64,000 bases of DNA from Candidatus Nanosyncoccus sp. (GCA_045586015.1 JAZMZP010000013.1:2374-66373), one strand, 5' to 3'; counted from the first letter of the stretch, positions 9,229 through 18,740 are shown. Program-made: numbers and translations. The notes: a model not told the origin generated them from the letters alone.

Positions 9229-10845
9229 ATGGGAAAATCAACGATAACATTATTTAGTTTAACAGGCTTAACTCTTCTTTCTGGTCTTATCTTATCTTCC
9301 TCTCGCGTTTCCGCTGACAACTCCGTTATTGACGAAGTCAACATCGTAGTCCCAGTTTCTTGTAGTCTTTCTGGTGTCGGTATGACCTCGCATAATACTA
9401 GTATTAATAACGGCACTTACGCTTCTGATATTGGTACTACTGCTCTGAAAGCTTCGTGTAACGACTTAAACGGTTTTGCTATCTATGCTGCCGGCTATAC
9501 CGGCGATGAGGTAGGCGGAACTGATAGTACTAAACTAGTCGGAGAAAATGATATAGGTAACATCTTAACCGGAACCGGAACTAGCGGTAACTCCCAATGG
9601 GCAATGAAACTGGCTACTGACTCTAACGCTACTTATCCAATTACCATAGAATCAGACGCTAACGGCTCCTTCGCCTCTTATCATATTGTTCCAGAAGACT
9701 TTGTTAAAGTCGCTTCAAGAAACTCTAGTACCGATATCGGCTCGGCTTCTATCGGCGCAGTTCTAACTACGACTTACCAAGTCTACATCTCCGCCACCCA
9801 ACCCGCCGGAACCTACTCAGGCAAGGTTATTTATGCTTTAGTCCACCCAGCTAACCACTCCGCCCCAGTCATTTGTAATGAAAATGCCACTACTATTTCA
9901 GAAGTCAAATGTATGCAGGATTTCGCAACTGTTTCTAGCACCAACCGAACTGCTATTGTCAACTCTATGACTTTAGGACAGCAATACACTCTAAAAGATA
10001 AACGCGATGGAAAAACTTATACTGTCGCTAAACTCGCTGATGGGAATGTCTGGATGACACAGAACTTAGACTTAAATCTAGATTCTGGAACTACTTATAC
10101 TAATTTAGATACTGATATTGGTTATAATACAAGTACCGGAACTTATGATACAGCGGCTTGGAGTCCGACTCGTTCTACTTATGCTACTACTCTTGATGAT
10201 CTTCATGCATGGTGTCAGGGTGGAATTTGGGATTCGGAGAATTATACTTGTACAGATAATACTATTCCTGAATCATACGATGCAGGGGACTTGTATTGGA
10301 ATGGCACTCCTTGGCCTTTAAACCAGGCAGATTGTATCTCAGCGAATGGGGTTTGGGATGATGATTGGTGTAGTGGCGTTGTTGTATCTGGTTCTACTGG
10401 TATTGCGCAGTATCACTTAGGTAATTATTATAACTGGGCGGCAGCGCTCGCGACTAATGATAGCTCGGTGTTTGGCGCCCAGAATCAGAATGAAATAGTC
10501 GAACAATCTATTTGCCCAGTCGGTTGGACTTTGCCAAGGAGTCATGGAAGCGTAGATACATTCCAGGGCCTTTGGGAGGCATATGGATATGATGATGAAG
10601 ATGGGATTGCTAATGTTTCGACTTTATGGTCTAATCCGCTTTATATGCCTCCGAGCGGGTATTATGTGGGTGGCATATATGGGGTTGGGTTTGATGGCAA
10701 TTTTTGGTCAGCGGTTGCTGCTGGGTCGACTGATGCGAGAGCTGCAGCTTTCTATGTTGTCAATTCTACTTATCCGACAAACATTTATGTAAGAGGTAAT
10801 GCTTTTTCTGTGCGTTGCATAGCCCGTCCAGTCGTAAGCGAGTAA
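9229..10845 (+). CDS. secreted surface protein: signal peptide + N-terminal beta-rich module + C-terminal FISUMP (TIGR02145-like) domain
   Basis: Signal peptide MGKSTITLFSLTGLTLLSGLILSSSRVSA. FISUMP motifs KDKRDGKTYTVAKLADGNVWMTQNL, YYNWAAA, CPVGWTLP, FWSA, AFSVRCIARP. Confidence 0.85.
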   Translation: MGKSTITLFSLTGLTLLSGLILSSSRVSADNSVIDEVNIVVPVSCSLSGVGMTSHNTSINNGTYASDIGTTALKASCNDLNGFAIYAAGYTGDEVGGTDSTKLVGENDIGNILTGTGTSGNSQWAMKLATDSNATYPITIESDANGSFASYHIVPEDFVKVASRNSSTDIGSASIGAVLTTTYQVYISATQPAGTYSGKVIYALVHPANHSAPVICNENATTISEVKCMQDFATVSSTNRTAIVNSMTLGQQYTLKDKRDGKTYTVAKLADGNVWMTQNLDLNLDSGTTYTNLDTDIGYNTSTGTYDTAAWSPTRSTYATTLDDLHAWCQGGIWDSENYTCTDNTIPESYDAGDLYWNGTPWPLNQADCISANGVWDDDWCSGVVVSGSTGIAQYHLGNYYNWAAALATNDSSVFGAQNQNEIVEQSICPVGWTLPRSHGSVDTFQGLWEAYGYDDEDGIANVSTLWSNPLYMPPSGYYVGGIYGVGFDGNFWSAVAAGSTDARAAAFYVVNSTYPTNIYVRGNAFSVRCIARPVVSE

Positions 10846-10873
10846 CAACAAAACTGATTTCCTTTTTATGGAA

Positions 10874-11032
10874 AAACAATAGTTTGCAATTTCGAAATAT
10901 GTGAAATCGCCCATATAAAAAATACAACTCTCCGGATTGTTGAGGAAACTGTAATTTCCGAAACAATCCGACGAGCGTTGTATTTTTTATCTTGGTGCGC
11001 ATTTCACCATTGAGAAATGCAAACTACTGTTT
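10874..11032. repeat. ~159-nt imperfect palindrome filling the convergent gap next to the rpsH stop
   Basis: Left arm aaacaatagtttgcaatttc...gtgaaatcgc...aaaaaatacaac...cggattgtt mirrors right arm aacaatccg...gttgtatttttt...gcgcatttcac...gaaatgcaaactactgttt. Confidence 0.7.
10917..10988. terminator. bidirectional intrinsic terminator (core of the long palindrome)
   Basis: aaaaaatacaac ... cggattgtt-loop-aacaatccg ... gttgtatttttt, with an A-run and T-run flanking nested stems. Confidence 0.6.
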
Positions 11033-11434
11033 TTACCAAACCTTGACTAAAATTTCGCCACCTAAACGATTTTTCTTCGCTTCGCGCCCAGTCATTAAGC
11101 CTTTCGATGTAGATATAATAATCATACCTCGTCCAGACTTAACCGTCGGAATATCATCCGCCGAAGAATAGACTCTTCGACCTGGTTTCGAAACTTTCGA
11201 AATCTCGTTAATCTTTGCGTTCGTTCCTTGTTCGTTAATTACGACTCTTAAGAGGCCGCGTGGCTCGCCAGCTTGAATTTCAAAGCTAGAAATGTAACCA
11301 TTTTTCGCTAAAACTTCAACCACTCCTCGTTTTAACTTAGAAGTAGGAACGAGAATTTCATTTTTACCAACCGCTACCGCATTACGAATGCGAGTGACGA
11401 GGTCTGCAATTTGATCTGTAGATTGTAATGACAT
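11033..11434 (-). CDS. rpsH: 30S ribosomal protein S8
   Basis: MSLQSTDQIADLVTRIRNA...; start at the ATG preceded by AGGAGAAAGGAG. Canonical position after S14. Confidence 0.93.
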   Translation of the reverse strand: MSLQSTDQIADLVTRIRNAVAVGKNEILVPTSKLKRGVVEVLAKNGYISSFEIQAGEPRGLLRVVINEQGTNAKINEISKVSKPGRRVYSSADDIPTVKSGRGMIIISTSKGLMTGREAKKNRLGGEILVKVW

Positions 11435-11448
11435 ATTTCTCCTTTCTC

Positions 11449-11718
11449 CTACCAACTACTCTTTGTTACACCAGGAATTTCGCCTTTCGATGCTTTTTCC
11501 CGGAAATTAATACGGCTAAGCCCGAATCGTCGCATATATCCACGCGGACGACCGTCGAGCATATCGCGGTTTTTTAATCTCGTTGGCGAGGCGTTGCGTG
11601 GCAACTTCTGTAACCCTTCGAGATCGCCGGCCGCTTTTAGCTCAGCGCGTTTAGCTTTATATTTTTCATACATTTTGCGTCGTTTTTCGTCGCGGAGAAC
11701 TGCAGATTTTTTCGCCAT
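11449..11718 (-). CDS. rpsN: 30S ribosomal protein S14 (long, non-zinc type)
   Basis: [20 protein letters not shown]...[18 protein letters not shown]...W. Confidence 0.92.
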   Translation of the reverse strand: MAKKSAVLRDEKRRKMYEKYKAKRAELKAAGDLEGLQKLPRNASPTRLKNRDMLDGRPRGYMRRFGLSRINFREKASKGEIPGVTKSSW

Positions 11719-11719
11719 C

Positions 11720-12331
11720 TTACTTTTCTCCTCTCTCAAACGGCATTCCGAAAAGTTCTAACAACTTTAGACTTCCTTCCTTTGAACCATTTTTAATTAT
11801 AAACGTTATCTCGAGGCCGTGAAGAACTGATGCATCCTCGAAAGTAATCTCCGGGAACACAGTTTGTTCTTTAAGCCCTAAATTGTAATTTCCTTGTGCG
11901 TCGAAAGCTTTTCTCGAGACGCCGTGGAAATCACGTACGCGCGGTAAAGCTACGTTGATTAATCTATCGACAAATTCATACATTTTATCGTTTCTTAAAG
12001 TCACGAGATAGCCAACCGGCGCACCCATTCCCTTACGAATTTTAAAGGTCGCAATCGACTTTTTCGCGAGTCTCGAAGTCGGTGCTTGACCGGTAATTTT
12101 CGCCAGTGTCAAAGCAACTGTTTCGGTGAACTTCTTATCTTCGCGTTTTTTACCGACACCAGACGAAACTACAACTTTCTTTAGTTCCGGAACTTGGTTG
12201 ATATTTCCTAATCCGAGTTCTTTTTCTAATTTCGCCTTCAACTCTTTGTTATAGAGCTCTTTAAGACGTGGTTGTGCTTTCGCTACAGACTTTTTCGCTG
12301 TAGTTTTGGCAGCCGTTTTCTTTTCCGCCAT
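11720..12331 (-). CDS. rplE: 50S ribosomal protein L5 (Lys/Ala-rich N-terminal extension)
   Basis: [10 protein letters not shown]...[35 protein letters not shown]; operon position. Confidence 0.93.
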   Translation of the reverse strand: MAEKKTAAKTTAKKSVAKAQPRLKELYNKELKAKLEKELGLGNINQVPELKKVVVSSGVGKKREDKKFTETVALTLAKITGQAPTSRLAKKSIATFKIRKGMGAPVGYLVTLRNDKMYEFVDRLINVALPRVRDFHGVSRKAFDAQGNYNLGLKEQTVFPEITFEDASVLHGLEITFIIKNGSKEGSLKLLELFGMPFERGEK

Positions 12332-12648
12332 TATTTAGCTCCTTTCTTATCTTTCTTATCTTTTTTGTCGGCTTTTTTATCGACCTTCTTGTCAATTTTT
12401 TTCACAGCAGGCTTCACAAATTTTGCCGCTTCGACTAACTTCAAATTCGATAAATCAATTCCAACGTGAATCGTTTTCTTGCCGCCAGCCGGATTTAGGT
12501 AAGACTTTCGCATATGTCGCTCAACCAAACCAATTCCATCTAGCATTGCTTTGTGATTTTCGCGATCGATTTTCACGATTTTAGCTTCTTTTCCTTTGTT
12601 ATCGCCGGAAATTACTAAAACTTTGTCACCAATTTTCAGACTTTTCAT
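12331..12648 (-). CDS. rplX: 50S ribosomal protein L24 (Lys-rich C-terminal tail)
   Basis: KIGDKVLVISGDNKGKEAKIVKI KOW motif; operon position. Confidence 0.92.
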   Translation of the reverse strand: MKSLKIGDKVLVISGDNKGKEAKIVKIDRENHKAMLDGIGLVERHMRKSYLNPAGGKKTIHVGIDLSNLKLVEAAKFVKPAVKKIDKKVDKKADKKDKKDKKGAK

Positions 12649-12649
12649 T

Positions 12650-13018
12650 TTAGAGTACCTCCGGAGCTAAGCTAATAATCTTCGTAAAGCCGGCGTCACG
12701 TAATTCTCTCGGGATTGGTCCGAAGACACGCGTTCCGCGCGGGGTTTTATCTTCGTTTACCAAAACTGCCGCGTTTTCGTCGAAACGAATGGTCGAACCA
12801 TCTGGGCGACGAATCGGTTGAACCGTGCGTACGATTACTGCCTTTACGACAGCTTTCTTCTTTACGCCACCAGTCGGAGAAGCATCCTTGACCGAACAAG
12901 TTACGATATCGCCGACCCGAGCATATCTCGCTCGCGTTCCGCCGAGCACACGGATTACTCCGAGTTCCTTCGCGCCGGAATTATCCGCGACTTTTAATCT
13001 AGTTTCCTGTTGTATCAT
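12650..13018 (-). CDS. rplN: 50S ribosomal protein L14
   Basis: [18 protein letters not shown]...[10 protein letters not shown]. Confidence 0.96.
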   Translation of the reverse strand: MIQQETRLKVADNSGAKELGVIRVLGGTRARYARVGDIVTCSVKDASPTGGVKKKAVVKAVIVRTVQPIRRPDGSTIRFDENAAVLVNEDKTPRGTRVFGPIPRELRDAGFTKIISLAPEVL

Positions 13019-13377
13019 TATTCTTCCTCCCCTTCTGTGTATTTCCGGAATGCTCTTTTAGCTTTAGCTTCCGCATCAGCGCCGACCTTTTTCTCTTCCT
13101 TGACCGCGACTACATCGTCTTTAAGCTCAACGGTTCCACGCGACTTCTCAATAATCTTGACTAAGCTGTAAGCTTTCGTCTTCGAAATCGGGCGAACCAT
13201 CTTAATTTCTACACGATCTCCGACTTTTGCCTCATTCTTTTCATCGTGAGCAGTATATTTACGGGTCTTCGTGTATTGCTTTCGATAAAGCGGATGCGTT
13301 TCACGTGAAACGATGGAGACCGTAATGGTCTTATCACGCTTATCGGAGGTTACTGTACCTATGAGTGTGTGTGCCAT
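13018..13377 (-). CDS. rpsQ: 30S ribosomal protein S17 with ~35-aa acidic/Lys C-terminal extension
   Basis: [42 protein letters not shown]...VGDRVEI. Abuts the rplP stop, so there is no room for rpmC. Confidence 0.92.
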   Translation of the reverse strand: MAHTLIGTVTSDKRDKTITVSIVSRETHPLYRKQYTKTRKYTAHDEKNEAKVGDRVEIKMVRPISKTKAYSLVKIIEKSRGTVELKDDVVAVKEEKKVGADAEAKAKRAFRKYTEGEEE

Positions 13378-13378
13378 C

Positions 13379-13798
13379 CTAGAACTCCTCTTTCTTAATT
13401 ATTTTACATTTTACCGGTAACTTGTGAGAAGCTAGCCTTAAAGCTTCTTTAGCTTGTTCGTCAGTTACGTCCGCGATTTCAAACATGACTGTTCCGGCTT
13501 TTACTTTTGCCACAAAGAATTGCGGTTCGCCTTTACCGGAACCCATTTTCACATCAAGCGGTTTCTTCGTGACCGGCGTATGCGGGAAAATCCGAATCCA
13601 GATTTTACCACCACGCTTTATATAACGCGTAATCGCTTGACGAGCTGCCTCGATTTGACGCGAATTGATGCGTTCGTTATCGAGTGACATTAAACCATAG
13701 TCACCAAACGCGACTGTATTACAACGAGTTGCAACGCCTTCGTTTTTACCTTTGCGTACCTTGCGGTGTGCAGTTTTTCTTGGAAGTAAAATAGCCAT
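13379..13798 (-). CDS. rplP: 50S ribosomal protein L16
   Basis: MAILLPRKTAHRKVRKGK...AARQAITRYIKRGGKIWIRIFP. Confidence 0.96.
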   Translation of the reverse strand: MAILLPRKTAHRKVRKGKNEGVATRCNTVAFGDYGLMSLDNERINSRQIEAARQAITRYIKRGGKIWIRIFPHTPVTKKPLDVKMGSGKGEPQFFVAKVKAGTVMFEIADVTDEQAKEALRLASHKLPVKCKIIKKEEF

Positions 13799-13799
13799 C

Positions 13800-14426
13800 T
13801 TATTTCTCCCCCTTATAAATCCAGACCTTTACTCCTACGATACCAGCAATCGTCGGTGCGTGATGACAATAAAAGTCAATATCCGCACGAAGCGTATGTA
13901 GAGGAACTGAACCCTCAATAAACTTTTCACGGCGACTCATTTCTGCGCCATTAAGACGCCCAGCAACTTCGATGCGCACACCTTTAGCTCCGGCGTTCAT
14001 CGTCGATTGCAAAGCCATCTTAACCGCTCGGCGGAAATTCATACGCTTGCCGAGTTGGAAACCGACATTTTCTGCTACTAATTTAGCGTTTAATTCCGGT
14101 TTCTTGACTTCTTCGACATTAATTCGAATCGGTCCTTCGACAATCTTTTCTAATTCTTTCTTTAATTCATTAATACCGGCGCCCTGCTTACCAATTACAG
14201 CACCCGCCTTTGCGGTCAAAATTGTAATTGTCGTAAGATTAGCGGAGCGTTCGATATTAACGCGCGCAATCGTCGGGCGAGCCTTAAATCGCTCTTCGAT
14301 CGTCTTGCGAATCTTATCGTCCTCAACTAGCCAGCGACGAAAATCTGATTTTCTCGTAAACCATTTCGAGGACCAGTCCTTACTGACTTGGAGACGGTAA
14401 GAGATGGGATTAACTTTCTGACCCAT
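13800..14426 (-). CDS. rpsC: 30S ribosomal protein S3
   Basis: MGQKVNPISYRL...KH domain GAVIGKQGAGINELKKEL. Confidence 0.96.
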   Translation of the reverse strand: MGQKVNPISYRLQVSKDWSSKWFTRKSDFRRWLVEDDKIRKTIEERFKARPTIARVNIERSANLTTITILTAKAGAVIGKQGAGINELKKELEKIVEGPIRINVEEVKKPELNAKLVAENVGFQLGKRMNFRRAVKMALQSTMNAGAKGVRIEVAGRLNGAEMSRREKFIEGSVPLHTLRADIDFYCHHAPTIAGIVGVKVWIYKGEK

Positions 14427-14427
14427 A

Positions 14428-14799
14428 TTACTTTTTCTCCTTCTTTACTTTTTCTTCGCCGGCGACCTCGACGAAAATATTACTACTAATCTTCTCAAAC
14501 GGTAAAGCGCGACCACGGGACGCCGGTTTGTATCGGCGCATTCTCGTACCGCTAGTTACCGAGATTCTTGAGATTCTCACTGTTTTCGGGTCAATACTAA
14601 CTTTCGAATTATTAAGTAAGTTAGCATTCGCCGATTCGACCGCTTTCAATACTGCTCGAGCTGCGCGTCGAGGGGTATTCTCTAAAATCACTACTGCGTC
14701 TTGGACATAGCGATCGCGTACTAAACTCGCCACGATGCTAGTTTTGCGCGGCATCGAATCGATACCTTTTTCATATGCGTGGGCAAAATGAGTAGCCAT
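14428..14799 (-). CDS. rplV: 50S ribosomal protein L22
   Basis: Operon position; MPRKTSIVASLVRDRYVQDAVVILENTPRRAA. Confidence 0.92.
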   Translation of the reverse strand: MATHFAHAYEKGIDSMPRKTSIVASLVRDRYVQDAVVILENTPRRAARAVLKAVESANANLLNNSKVSIDPKTVRISRISVTSGTRMRRYKPASRGRALPFEKISSNIFVEVAGEEKVKKEKK

Positions 14800-15092
14800 T
14801 AGTTACCCCCTTTCGCCGCTGCGGCTTCCGCAGCTTTCTTACCACCGTGTCGTTTAAACTTACGAGTTGGTGCAAATTCCCCTAATTTATGACCAACCAT
14901 ATTTTCCGAAATATAAACTGGAACGTGGACTTTACCGTTATGAACGGCAATCGTTCGCCCGACCATTTCCGGAGAAATTGTCGATTGTCTCGCCCAGGTT
15001 TTAATCACCGTACGGTCCTCAGAAGAGAGCGCGGCAACTTTCTTAGCGAGTTTATAGTCTACAAACGGACCTTTTTTAAGACTCCTAGACAT
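14799..15092 (-). CDS. rpsS: 30S ribosomal protein S19
   Basis: [12 protein letters not shown]...[31 protein letters not shown]. Confidence 0.96.
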   Translation of the reverse strand: MSRSLKKGPFVDYKLAKKVAALSSEDRTVIKTWARQSTISPEMVGRTIAVHNGKVHVPVYISENMVGHKLGEFAPTRKFKRHGGKKAAEAAAAKGGN

Positions 15093-15928
15093 TATTTCCT
15101 CTTTCCTTCGTGACGACTACGCACGATCATTTTATTAGTTTTCTTATTATGACGAGTACGATAACCTAAGGTTAATTGACCCCAAGGCGTTCTCGGCGCC
15201 TTACCCGAACCGTGACGACCGCCATCACCACCACCGTGCGGGTGATCCGTCGCGTTCATTACAACACCTCTTACTGTCGGGCGAATGCCTTTACGACGAC
15301 GTCGTCCAGCCGCACCGACCTTAATGTTTTGGTGTTGCAAATTCGAAACTGTACCAATCGAAGCCTCACAGCTCGAAAGTACTTTGCGAACCTCGCCAGA
15401 TGGCATCTTCAAGGTTGCGTACCCATCTTCTTTTGCCATCAACTGTGCCGAAGCGCCAGCTGCACGTACCATTTGTGCACCTTTGCCCGGAGTTAATTCA
15501 ACTGCATATACAAATGTACCAACCGGGATATTTTCGAGCGGCATTCTCGAAGAATCTTCAACTTCAATTTCCTTACCAGTCTTAAAAGTCGAACCCTTAG
15601 TCATTTTAGTATCTGCGAGTACATAATAATATGTACCGTTTTGATCCTTTACGCGAGCAATTCTTGCGCTACGATTTGGATCGTATTCAATTTCTTCAAC
15701 CGTAAATACCGAATCCTTCGGCAAATTATAGGTCATAATTCGGTAGTGTCGTTTAACACCACCACCACGGTGTCTAACCGTGATTCGGCCTTGGTTATTC
15801 TTACCGGCCTGTTGTTTCTTCGCCTTCGTTAACGATTTGAGCGGCTTCTTCGTCGTAATCTGATCGTAATCTTCGGTCGTCTTTTGACGTTGCGCCGGCG
15901 TAATCGGGCGGTATGCTTTAATTGCCAT
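15092..15928 (-). CDS. rplB: 50S ribosomal protein L2
   Basis: [18 protein letters not shown]...; 278 aa. Confidence 0.97.
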   Translation of the reverse strand: MAIKAYRPITPAQRQKTTEDYDQITTKKPLKSLTKAKKQQAGKNNQGRITVRHRGGGVKRHYRIMTYNLPKDSVFTVEEIEYDPNRSARIARVKDQNGTYYYVLADTKMTKGSTFKTGKEIEVEDSSRMPLENIPVGTFVYAVELTPGKGAQMVRAAGASAQLMAKEDGYATLKMPSGEVRKVLSSCEASIGTVSNLQHQNIKVGAAGRRRRKGIRPTVRGVVMNATDHPHGGGDGGRHGSGKAPRTPWGQLTLGYRTRHNKKTNKMIVRSRHEGKRK

Positions 15929-16299
15929 TACTTGTCTCCCTTCTTAGCTGACTTTGCTGGCTTTTTAGTATTATCCTCTTTTTCTGGCTCATCGAATACC
16001 TTAATCGAATCACCCTTCTTTAATCTTACATATGCAAATTTCTTATCTTGGCGATGAGTAATGCCCGGATAAGCGTGTTTGCCTTTACTGAATTTCGTTT
16101 TCTTACCTTTTCTGGTCAAAGTTCTTACATCGGTTACCGTAACTTTAAATTCTTCTTCAATCATTTTCGCAATAGCTTGTTTCGAAGCCGATTTCTTTAC
16201 CGGGAAAACATAAATTCGGTTAGTTTGTTCTAAATAACTTTTCTCAGTCGCCCGCGGCTCTAAGAGATTTAATTTAATGTCGCTTTTAACTTCCGCCAT
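15928..16299 (-). CDS. rplW: 50S ribosomal protein L23 (extended Lys-rich C-terminus)
   Basis: Operon position; RATEKSYLEQTNRIYVFPVKKSASKQAIAKMIEEEFKVTV. Confidence 0.9.
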   Translation of the reverse strand: MAEVKSDIKLNLLEPRATEKSYLEQTNRIYVFPVKKSASKQAIAKMIEEEFKVTVTDVRTLTRKGKKTKFSKGKHAYPGITHRQDKKFAYVRLKKGDSIKVFDEPEKEDNTKKPAKSAKKGDK

Positions 16300-16300
16300 C

Positions 16301-16897
16301 TTACTTCTCCTCTCCTAATAACCATTTTTCGGCTGCTTTCAATGCTTCTTCTGAAAAGACGATTGCGTCTGCATTCATAATGTCGAAAACATTCAAATAA
16401 GTCGCACGGACTAATTTAACATTCGGTAAATTGTTTGTTGAGCGCAAAACTTCCGGAGTTTTTTCTGCTGCTACTGCAAGCACATTTTTACCCTCAAGTT
16501 TCATATCTTTCAAAACTTTTACTGCGTCTTTTGTTTTACCCTTTAGTTTAACTGTCGGGTCTAAGACGAAAATCGCTTTTTCTGCATTCTTCATCGAAAG
16601 AGCTTGTCTGACCGCAAGTTGTTTCGAACTCTTAGTCAATCTCTTTGTGAAATTCTCATTTCCAGTTCGTCCGAACGCAACACCACCGTGCCGCCAAATC
16701 GGGTTACGAGTCGAACCGAAACGCGCCCGACCGGTACCTTTTTGTCTCCACGGTTTCTTACCACCACCACGAACTTCGCCTCGCTTCAAAGTCTTTGCGT
16801 GTGAAGAGCGGGAATTAGCAAGATATGCATCATAAGCTAACTTGACGAGCTCGTGATTTTCTACTTTTAAGCCAAATATATCTTTATTAAGCGCCAT
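16301..16897 (-). CDS. rplD: 50S ribosomal protein L4
   Basis: RGEVRGGGKKPWRQKGTGRARFGSTRNPIWRHGGVAFG. Confidence 0.96.
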   Translation of the reverse strand: MALNKDIFGLKVENHELVKLAYDAYLANSRSSHAKTLKRGEVRGGGKKPWRQKGTGRARFGSTRNPIWRHGGVAFGRTGNENFTKRLTKSSKQLAVRQALSMKNAEKAIFVLDPTVKLKGKTKDAVKVLKDMKLEGKNVLAVAAEKTPEVLRSTNNLPNVKLVRATYLNVFDIMNADAIVFSEEALKAAEKWLLGEEK

Positions 16898-16898
16898 A

Positions 16899-17519
16899 TT
16901 ACTCCTTTCCCTCTACCGACACAATGCCTTTTTTCGGACCTGGAACCGCGCCTTTAAGTCCAATCAAATTGTTCGCGGCGTCAATATAAGCTACTACTAG
17001 ATTTTTAACTGTGACTTTGTCGTGTCCCATTCGTCCCGGCATTTTCTTACCTTTAAAGACTTTTTGTGGATACATCGAACCGATTGAACCAACTCGACGA
17101 ATGTTTCCTTTGAAACCGTGAGTATTTCTCGATTCATTGAAATTATGTCGTTTAACCGTACCGGCGAAGCCTTTACCCTTCGAAGTTCCAGTTACTGCGA
17201 CCTTGTCGCCGAGCTTAAACGCTTCGACTGTGATTGTGTCGCCGACTTTAAGTCCTTCCGGAATTTCCTCAACGCGGAATTCTTTGAGAACTTTAGGATT
17301 TATATTTTCACCAGCCTTTTTAACGTGGCCAGTAACCGACTTGCTCAGATTCTTACCCTGACCATAACCCACTTGCACAGCGTTATAACCGTCGGTTTCG
17401 ACAGTTTTAATCTGAGTCACTGTGGCGGGCCCAGCTTGAAGGATTGTAACCGGAGTTACGATACCATCTTCGCCGATAATCTGGGTCATACCAATTTTGG
17501 TGCCGAGAATGACTTGCAT
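16899..17519 (-). CDS. rplC: 50S ribosomal protein L3
   Basis: ILGTKIGMTQI...GKGFAGTVKRHNF...HG...RRVGSIG. Confidence 0.96.
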   Translation of the reverse strand: MQVILGTKIGMTQIIGEDGIVTPVTILQAGPATVTQIKTVETDGYNAVQVGYGQGKNLSKSVTGHVKKAGENINPKVLKEFRVEEIPEGLKVGDTITVEAFKLGDKVAVTGTSKGKGFAGTVKRHNFNESRNTHGFKGNIRRVGSIGSMYPQKVFKGKKMPGRMGHDKVTVKNLVVAYIDAANNLIGLKGAVPGPKKGIVSVEGKE

Positions 17520-17623
17520 TGCTTACCTTTCCTTTATTTTTTACACTACTAAAACTAGACTTTTAGGCCGGTTTCCTCTGATAAAAATCATCGGACCTCT
17601 CCTTATGTCTAGATAACAACTTT

Positions 17624-17652
17624 ATTTTACCACACTTTTCTAATCTTGTGAA
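17624..17652 (-). promoter_or_regulatory. promoter of the rplC operon (TTCACA-17-TGgTAAAAT)
   Basis: Minus strand reads ttcaca-N17-taaaat with the TG extension, ~100 nt upstream of the rplC ATG. Confidence 0.5.
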
Positions 17653-17663
17653 CCCCTATTTTT

Positions 17664-18734
17664 CTAGATTTCAAGAAAACTGTCAATAAAACCCTCGATC
17701 TCTCCGTCTAAAACCTTATCTGGATCCGTTTCTTCATAACCAGTTCGCGTATCTTTTACGAGCTTATAAGGCTGCAAAACATAATTCCGAATTTGTTGTC
17801 CCCAACCTGCTGACTCGCCCGCGCGAAGCTCCCCGATTGTCGCCGCGTGTTGCTCTAGCTGCATCTGGACCAATTTACCTCTTAAAATATCCATCGCTTT
17901 TTCTTTATTTTGTAACTGTGACCGTTCGTTCTGAATCGCGACAACCGTATTCGTCGGAAGATGTGTGATTCGAACCGCCGAATTCGTCGTGTTAACCGAC
18001 TGCCCGCCGTGCCCGCCTGAATGATAAACATCGATTCGTAAGTCTTTATCGTCAATCTGAACCTCTGTATCCGCCTTAATTACCGGTAAAATTTCAACTA
18101 GCGCGAACGAAGTCTGGCGTAAATTATTCGCATTAAACGGCGATAATCGGACAAGTCGATGGACCCCGTGCTCTGACTTCAAAAGCCCATAAACATTCGT
18201 TCCCGACACTTCATAAACCGCCGTTTTTATCCCCGCTTCTTCGCCGGTTACCCGTTCTAAACAAGTCGCCTTAAACCCTTTTCGTTCAAAAAACCTCAAA
18301 TACATCCGCTCGAGCATTCCCGCCCAGTCCATCGCTTCCGTTCCGCCCGCCCCAGAAGTAATTCGAATAATCGCATCTTTCCCATCGTACGGCCCCTGAA
18401 ATCTTAAAGCCTTTTTAAGCTCCGAAAATTCACTCTCCATTCCTTCGATTTGACCGCTAATTTCTTCTTTTAAATCTTCGTCCGAAAGTGTCATTAATTC
18501 ACTTAAATCATTAATCTGGGTCTTTAAAAGCGCCCAAGGCTGCACTTCGTCCTGTAATTTCGAGAGCTCCTGATTTTTTGCCGTCGCCACTTCAACATCT
18601 CGCCAAATTTCCGGCTCCGCCACCTCTTTTTCGAGTTCCTCAATTTTTAAAACCTTATCAGATATTAGAAGTTTCTCATAGACCTTTAAAAACTCTTCTT
18701 TTAATGCCTCTAGTCGTTTCTGTAATTCCTGCAT
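17664..18734 (-). CDS. prfB: peptide chain release factor 2, single uninterrupted ORF (no +1 frameshift site)
   Basis: SPF tripeptide (RLSPFNANN) and GGQ (SGGHGGQSVN). N-terminus is continuous from MQELQKRLEALKEEF. Confidence 0.93.
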   Translation of the reverse strand: MQELQKRLEALKEEFLKVYEKLLISDKVLKIEELEKEVAEPEIWRDVEVATAKNQELSKLQDEVQPWALLKTQINDLSELMTLSDEDLKEEISGQIEGMESEFSELKKALRFQGPYDGKDAIIRITSGAGGTEAMDWAGMLERMYLRFFERKGFKATCLERVTGEEAGIKTAVYEVSGTNVYGLLKSEHGVHRLVRLSPFNANNLRQTSFALVEILPVIKADTEVQIDDKDLRIDVYHSGGHGGQSVNTTNSAVRITHLPTNTVVAIQNERSQLQNKEKAMDILRGKLVQMQLEQHAATIGELRAGESAGWGQQIRNYVLQPYKLVKDTRTGYEETDPDKVLDGEIEGFIDSFLEI

Positions 18735-18740
18735 AGGAAA

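Noticed and set aside
9985-10830. The FISUMP / DUF1566-like lectin-fold domains (also ~54570-55380 and ~57660-58500) considered as targets of a diversity-generating retroelement.
   Set aside because: No reverse transcriptase ORF (no YxDD-type motif seen) and no template-repeat copy with A-specific mismatches is visible in the window. A DGR elsewhere in the genome cannot be excluded.
13018-13130. Possibility that the missing L29 is fused to S17 as its C-terminal extension.
   Set aside because: The tail ([37 protein letters not shown]) has no resemblance to the L29 helical hairpin sequence I recall. It looks like the charged tails seen on other proteins here.
13972-17552. Several 100-144-aa plus-strand ORFs across the ribosomal protein operon (13972-14400, 15176-15626, 16431-16835, 17118-17552).
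   Set aside because: They are antisense to universally conserved ribosomal protein genes and have no independent signals.
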